A DNA stretch of 64,000 nt, from contig DCFT01000028.1 of assembly GCA_002319885.1 (NCBI GenBank), positions 88,834-152,833 on the forward strand. The letters are read 5' to 3'. The position numbers and the translations under genes were made by a program. Shown here piece by piece: positions 56,812-64,000 of this stretch; positions within the stretch are counted from its first letter, which is position 1; each line of letters opens with the position of its first letter. The notes beneath the pieces are model-generated. The model was not told where the DNA came from. It did no database searches and saw nothing but the letters and a program-made list of their open reading frames with translations. This DNA comes from Bacteroidales bacterium UBA1797 (lineage in GTDB: Bacteria; Bacteroidota; Bacteroidia; Bacteroidales; VadinHA17).

Positions 56812-58341
56812 TTATTTCAACCACCATGGAACTTCGTTGATCCCATCATATCCTCCAAATTGATCATCAACTGCCTGTTTATAATTATCAGGGTTGGTTA
56901 TCAGTTCTTCTGTCGGGTACTTCCATCGTTTTGGATATACTGTTTTACTATCAGGATCCATACTGGTAGCCGGATCTAATGGGAAGAGAGGATACCCTGT
57001 GCGAAGAAAATCCTGATAATTCAACTGAGATGTAAAGAAATCCAGAAGCCATTTTTGTATCCATATCTGGTGTAAACGGTCCTCTTTGGTTCCGGCTGTT
57101 GCATAGGCGGCAGCGCCCGTAAAATAGTTATCAATATAATTTTGATCAATATTCATATTATGAACACCCGAAGCAGCAGATGGTAAGTTCATATAATACT
57201 GAAGCTGTGCCTTTACACCGTTCTCGTAGTACTCCTGAGCGTTCCCTGTAATCCAGCCTTCCTCTACAGCTTCAGCAAGAATGAAGCATTGCTCTGCATA
57301 GCTGTATATAAGCATAGGGTCGCCGGCCCTGAGTAATGTATAGCGTTTGTTTACCAATGAATACATGCCTGCCTGGTTATTCAGAGCGAGTTGAGTAGCA
57401 GATAATTCCGTAGGGGCACCTTCATAAGCATCAAAATCAGTTTCTGATTTGCCGGCGTCAATCTGGTACTGTGCAGGCTCTGCGAAATAGAACAATCTGC
57501 GATCCTGAAAATTTTTTAAAGCGTCAACCACCAGTTTAGAAACGCCAAGATATATCCTATCGCCTTCTCCGTTGTAAAAAGGATGAGATGCGTTTGGGTT
57601 GTCTGTATATACCAATTGAAAATTGTCGTCATTGCTGGTCATTAAATTATCAGCAGCCACGATTTCTGCAAAACGAGCTTTTTGTTCTGTAGTTGCTGTC
57701 TTGCTGATTGTCTGCAACACCTTTAATTGCATCGCATTACAAAGCTTACGCCATTTGGTAACATCTCCATTGTACATGATATCACAATCGCCAAAATCTG
57801 TTCCTTCTGCAAATTTTTGCTCCGCAGCTTTAAGATCAGCCAGTACTTCAACGAAAACATCAGCCTGTTTATCATATTTGGGTCGCGTTATGCCTTCTTC
57901 TGCCATTCCAGCCTCAGAATATGGGATATCGCCCATATTCAATGTCTCTGAAAAACCGGCAGAAGCCTTTAAATACAATGCCAGTCCTTCAAAAGAGGAT
58001 TGGGACACGGATCCCTGTGCAAATTCAACCATTCGTTTGGTATTAGTTAACTCCTGAAGACCACCAAAGTCACCATATGGCCAGTAAGAATAATAATACT
58101 GGTAAGGATTAGGGTTTGTCTCAAGTCTGGCCACATGCTTACACCATAAGTTACCTGTGGAGAAATCAGTCGGATTAGGATTCCAGAATCTGTATGAATC
58201 TCTCAATACCTGAGTGGCTAACATTTCTGGTGAGACTGTAGTAGCTGAATTTGGGTCAGTATTTATTTTCTCAAAATTACTGCATGAACTTGCAATTGTA
58301 AGAGAAATAATCACAAAATATATATACTTTATCTTTTTCAT
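56812..58341 (-). CDS. SusD/RagB family nutrient-binding outer-membrane lipoprotein
   Basis: Lipobox IASSC. N-terminal TDPNSATTVSPEMLATQVL. Sits directly downstream of a SusC-like gene. 509 aa. Confidence 0.85.
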   Translation of the reverse strand: MKKIKYIYFVIISLTIASSCSNFEKINTDPNSATTVSPEMLATQVLRDSYRFWNPNPTDFSTGNLWCKHVARLETNPNPYQYYYSYWPYGDFGGLQELTNTKRMVEFAQGSVSQSSFEGLALYLKASAGFSETLNMGDIPYSEAGMAEEGITRPKYDKQADVFVEVLADLKAAEQKFAEGTDFGDCDIMYNGDVTKWRKLCNAMQLKVLQTISKTATTEQKARFAEIVAADNLMTSNDDNFQLVYTDNPNASHPFYNGEGDRIYLGVSKLVVDALKNFQDRRLFYFAEPAQYQIDAGKSETDFDAYEGAPTELSATQLALNNQAGMYSLVNKRYTLLRAGDPMLIYSYAEQCFILAEAVEEGWITGNAQEYYENGVKAQLQYYMNLPSAASGVHNMNIDQNYIDNYFTGAAAYATAGTKEDRLHQIWIQKWLLDFFTSQLNYQDFLRTGYPLFPLDPATSMDPDSKTVYPKRWKYPTEELITNPDNYKQAVDDQFGGYDGINEVPWWLK

Positions 58342-58363
58342 ATTTATGTCTGATTAAGGTTGA

Positions 58364-61300
58364 TTAAAATGTAACTTTAATATTACACCCAAGATATCTT
58401 ACAGAAGGGTCAGAGAAATCTTCAACACCTCCGTCAGGGTCTGAATACTTAAAATCCTTTGCCCACAACAGAACATTTTGTCCTATAAAGCTTACTGATG
58501 CAGCCTTAGCTATTCCATGCAACAAATCACTCGGAATATTGTATGTTAAGGAAACCTCACGCAGTTTGAAAAAAGTCTTTGAGTAAGTATCAGCAGGACT
58601 TCCATTACCTCCCCATGCGCTACTGCTGTGCAAATCAATTATATATTGTTCATAAGTTGAATATATATCATTGGCTGCATAAGTACGGGTGTCGCTGGTG
58701 ATTTTACCATAAGCATCATAAGTTGCCGTTCCTGATACTACTTTTACACCTTTTCCAAGAAAGTTTTCAGAACCTGGTGTTGCAACATCCAGAGCCCTCT
58801 CCGGGGTAACAGAATTAGGATGTCCCCCTGACTGCCACATATAACTTTCAGTTCTTGTGTTCATCAGTCCTCCGGCTACACCATCAAAAGACAAAAACAA
58901 ACTAAAAGCTTTGTATTTTATAGTAGTATGGAAACCCCAGACAAAATCCGGGTCGGTCCATCCAAAATTCGAATCATATTGACTGTACTGTAGTCTTCCT
59001 CCATCGAATATAAGTTCTCCTGTTGCCGGATCTTTTACTAAATCCCTGCTTACTAATGCATCAACACGATTTCCTACTTTAACCCATGGATTTTTATCTG
59101 AATAAACAGGGTCCAGTTTTGTATAGTAAGTTGCATAAGTAGACAAGTTTACACCCAAATCGAGTTGCCAGTCATTATTTTTAAGCGGAGTGCCATTGAC
59201 TGTCAGTTCCCAGCCCCGACGAGATCTTTGTTCATTTGTATTAGTAACAGCACCGCTGTATCCTGAAGATGGCGACAGAGGTCCAGTTATGATCATGTCG
59301 TACATTCTTTTATCATAGTAGGAAAGATCGACCATTAATCGGTTTTTATATGCTACACCCTGAAATCCTACCTCAAATGTATTTGCAGCTGATGGAGTAA
59401 GACCTGCAGGATACAGGGAAGAAGGAGCAGAAGCCCCGTTTAAAGTATTCCAGATACCACTGTTAATCGAATAAACACTTCTGACATCATATATTCCCGG
59501 AGGTGTTTTTGATACTGTCCAGGAACTTCTGAGCTTCAATAAATCAAGCCAGTTTTTTGTTCCCGGCATAAGTTCAGAAATCACAAAACTCGATGCAATA
59601 GAAGGATAAAAGTAAGATTTGGTATCAGTTGGCAAAGTTGAACTCCAGTCATTACGTCCAGTTGCCTCAAGATATATCAGTTTATTCCATGAAACAGAGA
59701 AACGGCCATACAAAGAATTTACCATCTGGCCAAGTGTACTTTGACCTACATAAGCCGGATCTACAGATGCTGCAAGTGAGTAAAAAGCAGGAACAGAAAT
59801 GCCACCTACTGTATTAGCATTCAAATTGTCATCCCGTTTGTAGAATATTGTACCTCCCGCAAGATATTCTATATTCAATCTATTAAATGATTTGTCACCA
59901 GTTAGCAGCAGGTCATTATTAATACTGAATCCTTGTGTCTGACCTATATTATAACCCCCTGTCATATAGCCATTCCATGTATACTGATTTCCCGGAACCC
60001 CAGTATTACCGGTATATAAATAAGAGCCCCAGGCAGTCCTTAGTTCCCCTTTATCTGTATAAAAATCAAGACCTGAACGGACACTTGCTTTTAACCAATC
60101 AGTCACTTGATAACTCATTGATACATCGGCATTAAATATATCACGTGAAATCTGATTCGTTTTTTCATAACGATCAAAGTAGGGATTATTCATACTTGCA
60201 TTACTATTATAAGTATAATTTTGGGTCTGGTCTTTTATTAGCCAGTAATTATTCTTGTAATCACTAAGTCTGAAATCAGCACTTGACCAGATAAGCAAAG
60301 AGTACATTGGATCATAAGAGGTATAGCCATTTGACCCCAGGTTGGGCGATGTTTTTTTAGAATAAGCTACATTTGAACTCAGTTTGAACTTATCTGCAGT
60401 TATATCTCCGCCAAGAGTGTAGGTATATTTATCCAGTACAGAATTAGGATACTGTCCTTTATTCTGTGTCCAGTTGAACGAACTTCTTAGTGAGGCATTC
60501 TTACTTTTATATCCAAAATTTACGTTATTATTTGTTACATACCCTGGCACTAAAAAATCCCTGAAGTTGTTTTTCCCGATTGGCAGATATGGGTAATCTC
60601 TGTAATCCTTCAAAAATGGATCCCATTGATTACGAATAGTTCCATCCATAACTGTTCCCCATGAACTCGTGGAATTCACATCATATGTATTGTTGTCACC
60701 TCGACCATAGACACTCTGTTTCTTAGGGATGGCTAAAAAACCCGCAGCGAACATTGTATTTGTTGTAAAATCCACAGTCATTCCCGATATATTACTGCTT
60801 CCATTTTTAGTTGTAATTAAAATTGCACCATTTGCCCCACGATAGCCATAAAGTGCTGATGCGGTTGCTCCTTTCAATACACTCATTGATTCTATGTCTT
60901 CTGAGGAAATATCACCAATAGTCTTATTTGCGTAAGCTACACCATCAATTACAATAAGAGGATCTTCACCCCGGATTGTAAGTACCGGTGCAGTACCAAA
61001 ATCAGTCGAGTTAGTAACCAATAGCCCTGCTACTTTACCAGTAAGTGATGTAGAAGCATCAACTCCCGATACCTTTTGCAGGCTCTCACCGGAGACTTTT
61101 TGAACCGAATAGCCAAGTTCCTTCTCTTCCCTTTTAATTCCCAGAGCGGTAACTACAACTTCACTCAGTCCGATTAGTTCATCTGCCATTACAACATCAA
61201 TAACATTCGATGAACCAATAATTATTTCCTGTGGTTTCATGCCTATAAAGGAGAAAGTAAGACTCTTCGAACCTGGAGGAACTTCAATTGTATATTTACC

Positions 61301-61801
61301 GGTAACATCAGTTAGTGCTCCGATAGTAGTTCCGGTGATAACAACATTCGCACCGACAATTGGATCTCCCTTTTTGTCAGTAACATTCCCGGTTATTCTC
61401 AATTGTTGCATTTCCGGACTGGGAATTGCTAAATCGGATGGAGTGAGTATTACCTGTTTATCATAAACGACAAATTTCACCTTGTCATCAAAAATATTAC
61501 TTAAAATATCTTTAATAGGTTCTTTCTGAGCATCAACGTTCACTTTTCTTTCAACGTCGATCAGCTTAGGACTGTACAGGAAAAAAAACTCGCTCTGATT
61601 TTCAATATCTTTCAGCACTTCTGATACTTTAACATCTTCAAGCTTAAGAGTAAGCTTTGTCATTTGTGAATATGTTTCAGTTGCCCAGAGTTGAGAAATT
61701 GTCAGGAGAGATAAGAATAGGGTTAGTTTCATGACTCTGATTGTTTTTATTGAAAAGAATCCCCAAAGATTCCTTCCACAATAATCTCGAAATTTTTTCA
61801 T
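58364..61801 (-). CDS. SusC/RagA family TonB-linked outer-membrane protein with N-terminal STN signalling domain
   Basis: Extended signal peptide, an STN-like block (LKLEDVKVSEVLKDIENQSEFFFLY...VILT), a CarboxypepD_reg block (ITGNVTDKKGDPIVGANVVI), a plug region, and a C-terminal beta-barrel ending NIKVTF. Confidence 0.9.
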   Translation of the reverse strand: MKKFRDYCGRNLWGFFSIKTIRVMKLTLFLSLLTISQLWATETYSQMTKLTLKLEDVKVSEVLKDIENQSEFFFLYSPKLIDVERKVNVDAQKEPIKDILSNIFDDKVKFVVYDKQVILTPSDLAIPSPEMQQLRITGNVTDKKGDPIVGANVVITGTTIGALTDVTGKYTIEVPPGSKSLTFSFIGMKPQEIIIGSSNVIDVVMADELIGLSEVVVTALGIKREEKELGYSVQKVSGESLQKVSGVDASTSLTGKVAGLLVTNSTDFGTAPVLTIRGEDPLIVIDGVAYANKTIGDISSEDIESMSVLKGATASALYGYRGANGAILITTKNGSSNISGMTVDFTTNTMFAAGFLAIPKKQSVYGRGDNNTYDVNSTSSWGTVMDGTIRNQWDPFLKDYRDYPYLPIGKNNFRDFLVPGYVTNNNVNFGYKSKNASLRSSFNWTQNKGQYPNSVLDKYTYTLGGDITADKFKLSSNVAYSKKTSPNLGSNGYTSYDPMYSLLIWSSADFRLSDYKNNYWLIKDQTQNYTYNSNASMNNPYFDRYEKTNQISRDIFNADVSMSYQVTDWLKASVRSGLDFYTDKGELRTAWGSYLYTGNTGVPGNQYTWNGYMTGGYNIGQTQGFSINNDLLLTGDKSFNRLNIEYLAGGTIFYKRDDNLNANTVGGISVPAFYSLAASVDPAYVGQSTLGQMVNSLYGRFSVSWNKLIYLEATGRNDWSSTLPTDTKSYFYPSIASSFVISELMPGTKNWLDLLKLRSSWTVSKTPPGIYDVRSVYSINSGIWNTLNGASAPSSLYPAGLTPSAANTFEVGFQGVAYKNRLMVDLSYYDKRMYDMIITGPLSPSSGYSGAVTNTNEQRSRRGWELTVNGTPLKNNDWQLDLGVNLSTYATYYTKLDPVYSDKNPWVKVGNRVDALVSRDLVKDPATGELIFDGGRLQYSQYDSNFGWTDPDFVWGFHTTIKYKAFSLFLSFDGVAGGLMNTRTESYMWQSGGHPNSVTPERALDVATPGSENFLGKGVKVVSGTATYDAYGKITSDTRTYAANDIYSTYEQYIIDLHSSSAWGGNGSPADTYSKTFFKLREVSLTYNIPSDLLHGIAKAASVSFIGQNVLLWAKDFKYSDPDGGVEDFSDPSVRYLGCNIKVTF

Positions 61802-61808
61802 AGATTTG
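61801..61808 (+). promoter_or_regulatory. candidate plus-strand -7 box (TAgaTTTG), antisense to the susC-like 5' end
   Basis: Exact TAnnTTTG match on the strand opposite all neighbouring genes, ~50 nt upstream of a plus-strand terminator. Confidence 0.3.
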
Positions 61809-61814
61809 AATGGA

Positions 61815-61893
61815 TTAAGGTTATTAAAGTTTTTTCTGAAAAACGAGTACTTAGTCTGGCGGGATTGTGGGCAAACACTTTCCCGCTTTTTTT
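61815..61893 (+). ncRNA. candidate cis-antisense sRNA opposite the susC-like 5' UTR (DonS-like); the 5' end is a guess
   Basis: A promoter-like box at 61801-61808 plus an intrinsic-terminator-like hairpin at 61859-61886 with a T7 run at 61887-61893. There is no plus-strand ORF here. Confidence 0.25.
61859..61893 (+). terminator. intrinsic-terminator-like hairpin plus T7 on the plus strand
   Basis: A 6-bp GC-rich base gcggga/tcccgc (61859-61864 / 61881-61886), an inner gtg/cac pairing, then ttttttt. Confidence 0.5.
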
Positions 61894-61937
61894 GTGTTCA
61901 GGATTTTTTCATAAGCATATCATTTTATAAATTAGGA

Positions 61938-63044
61938 TTATATTTTGGTCTTTTTCAATTTATTCCTGTAAGTTAAAACTACCTTTCTCCTTTCAAATGT
62001 TCCATCACTTATTTCGTGTCGATCTGAAATGGAATAATGTATCGGCGACATCAGTGCCATCAGTTCCAATACCTGGGGCAGCGTTTCATGCACGAAAGTA
62101 GCAGTATAAGTAAGTTCGAGTAATTCATGATCTTTTATTTGAATATCAACATTAAACCACCTGTTGAGTTTTTTGACAACGTCACCCATAGGTTCGGCAT
62201 AAAAGACAAGCTTACCTTCTTTCCATGAAAAATTTCTGTCGTCATCAATAGTCCGGGTTTCAATTTTATTGTTTCCTTTCTGAAAGATAGCCATGTCAGT
62301 CGGTTTCATATCTATGAGGGGAGTTACTTTCCCATCAGCCTCTTCGCACTGCAATTTAACACTACCTTCTATCAGTGAAGTTTCAATTTTGTCCTCATCA
62401 GGATAAGCCATGACGTTAAAAACGGTCCCAAGAGCTTTAATCTCAATTCCTCCTGCTTTTACAATAAAAGGTACATTTGGATTATGAGCCACTTCAAAAT
62501 ATCCTTCACCAATGAGTTCAACAGTACGTTCCTTGCTTTGGAAAACGGCAGGATATTTTAACGAACTGCTATGATTAAGCCAGACATTTGAACCGTCGGG
62601 CAGGGTAACCTTTGTAATTGCATCAACTGAGGAGAGGACCTCATTATATGCCTGATTTACATAACTCTGACCACTTTTGACCGATTGATACTTATAGGAC
62701 ATGTACAGGCTAAAGCATAAGACAGGTACTAAAAGAAATGCAGCTACTCTGGTAAGTATTTTTATGTAATGCTCTCTTTTTCTGAATTTCGTGAGATTTT
62801 GACCCGTTTTCTCCAGAAGTTCTTTTGATCGCGTCAGATTGACTTTGTGGTGTATCTTATCAAGAATCAGATCAAAGTCTGTCTTTATATTATTGTCATC
62901 TTCAGTTAATTCTTCCCACATCTCAGAAAAAAGAACTTTGCCCTGAGAATTACAGGAAGATTTCTCAAACCATTCCAACACAGCGCTCAGCTCTTCCTCT
63001 GTGCAGGCATTTTTAAAATACTTCTCTAAAAGTTCTTTGTTCAT
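61938..63044 (-). CDS. FecR family anti-sigma factor
   Basis: N-terminal cytoplasmic anti-sigma region, a single TM (ILTRVAAFLLVPVLCFSLYM), and a FecR domain (TLPDGSNVWLNHSSSLKY...GEGYFEV). Confidence 0.88.
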   Translation of the reverse strand: MNKELLEKYFKNACTEEELSAVLEWFEKSSCNSQGKVLFSEMWEELTEDDNNIKTDFDLILDKIHHKVNLTRSKELLEKTGQNLTKFRKREHYIKILTRVAAFLLVPVLCFSLYMSYKYQSVKSGQSYVNQAYNEVLSSVDAITKVTLPDGSNVWLNHSSSLKYPAVFQSKERTVELIGEGYFEVAHNPNVPFIVKAGGIEIKALGTVFNVMAYPDEDKIETSLIEGSVKLQCEEADGKVTPLIDMKPTDMAIFQKGNNKIETRTIDDDRNFSWKEGKLVFYAEPMGDVVKKLNRWFNVDIQIKDHELLELTYTATFVHETLPQVLELMALMSPIHYSISDRHEISDGTFERRKVVLTYRNKLKKTKI

Positions 63045-63288
63045 TTCTCAATTTATAATGGGTAGAAAGCACTTCCGTCAGATGACCGGAAGTGCTTCTT
63101 CACCCTAACTAACTAACCAAATTCCGATTTTAAAACTAAGCCTGTCTTTAACTTTATATCTTAAAAAGATTGTACTTGTTATAATAAATAAATTACTTGT
63201 ATACCCAGTTAGACGTAACAGATTACCGTTACCACTACTCAAAAGATGAAATTGTTGTTAAATATTTTAATTTCACTGGAAATCAGTA

Positions 63289-63876
63289 CTATACAAAAAG
63301 ATACCATATAAGAATGGCAACAATTGAGTAATTACCCAATTTTTCACGGATGGTTTTAAGAGCACGTGACATATGATTTTCTATAGTATTAACAGAAATA
63401 TTTAGTCGCCCGGCAATTTCCTGATATTTAAGTCCTTCTTTTTTGTGCAGCAAGTAGACCTCTCTCTGACGATCAGGAAGCTGGTTAATAATATCGTCAA
63501 GCTTTTTTGTTAATTCATTATATTCAATTTCTACATCGACCGGTTCCTGGTTCAGATCCTGTATAGACTTCAAATATTCAATAAACTGAGATTCAAGAGC
63601 TTTCTTGCGGATTATTGAAATTGAGGAATTATAAGCAATTGTAAAAACATAATATTTGATTGAAGAGTCCTTCTCAATTTTGTGTCGATTCTCCCATAAA
63701 TGCAGGAAAACATCCTGAACAATGTTTTCAGATTCTTCCTCTGATTTAAGAATTGAAAAGGCAAATTTATAAAGCCGTTTACTATACTTCTTATAAAGCA
63801 TGTCAAAAGCAAACATGTTGTCTGCTTTAGTTTCCTGCATCAGTCTTTCGTCGCTGTTCAGAATAGATTCTTCCAT
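63289..63876 (-). CDS. ECF-type RNA polymerase sigma-70 factor
   Basis: Region 2 (FDMLYKKYSKRLYKFAF...VQDVFLHLW) and region 4 (LPDRQREVYLLHKKEGLKYQEIAGRLNISVNTIENHMSRAL). The ATG is at 63876; the track start at 63918 is TTG. Confidence 0.9.
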   Translation of the reverse strand: MEESILNSDERLMQETKADNMFAFDMLYKKYSKRLYKFAFSILKSEEESENIVQDVFLHLWENRHKIEKDSSIKYYVFTIAYNSSISIIRKKALESQFIEYLKSIQDLNQEPVDVEIEYNELTKKLDDIINQLPDRQREVYLLHKKEGLKYQEIAGRLNISVNTIENHMSRALKTIREKLGNYSIVAILIWYLFV

Positions 63877-64000
63877 ATCCGTGTCAAATTTCCAGCGAGA
63901 ATTATTATATCCTCTCAAAGGTCAGAACCAACATAAGTTTATCTGACCAGTTGTGTAAATCAATTATAAATGACAGACGCCGGTCTGTCTTCAGTTGTGG

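Noticed and set aside
63920-63989. Two 7-bp hairpins (ggtcaga/tctgacc at 63920-63948; gacagac/gtctgtc at 63972-63989) upstream of the ECF sigma gene
   Set aside because: The stems are short, lack U-tracts and lie at the window edge with the upstream gene unseen. They cannot be distinguished from chance or from a terminator of an unseen gene.

Overview
The window is a low-GC Bacteroidota chromosome segment. Supporting signs are T9SS sorting domains, a SusC/SusD pair, TAnnTTTG-type promoter boxes and signal peptides with Gln after the hydrophobic core. An Rnf complex suggests an anaerobe. About 80% is tightly packed housekeeping: purA, a Fur-family regulator, RelA/SpoT, an M16 peptidase pair, a ClC channel, glyA, TonB, TamB, tsaD, ketopantoate reductase, rseC-rnfBCDGEA, recG, an ABC ATPase, PduO-type adenosyltransferase, an OstA-like/SurA/PpiD-like chaperone cluster, guaB and recQ. 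I recognised no rRNA, tRNA, CRISPR array, transposase or integrase. The standout is a minus-strand, seven-gene locus at 13251-24715. It holds four DUF4402-type pilin-like subunits, a PapD-like chaperone, a 1511-aa glycine-rich/DUF2341/LamG/Ig-repeat protein ending in a T9SS C-terminal sorting domain, and an usher-like outer-membrane protein fused to three SPOR peptidoglycan-binding repeats. An orphan response regulator is divergently transcribed from it. I read this as an uncharacterised archaic (Csu/SCPU-like) chaperone-usher pilus system in a phylum whose known pili are type V, wired to a T9SS cargo and to the cell wall. Secondary observations: a family of composite intergenic repeats (inverted arrays of phased CTTTGYG heptamers around GC-rich stems) sits in two divergent promoter regions; a candidate DonS-like antisense sRNA lies upstream of a SusC gene in an enzyme-less ECF/anti-sigma/SusCD locus; there is a lipoprotein serpin with a canonical inhibitory hinge and an orphan SiaC/DUF1987 gene. 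All functional calls rest on motif recognition by eye. No database search or structure prediction was run.
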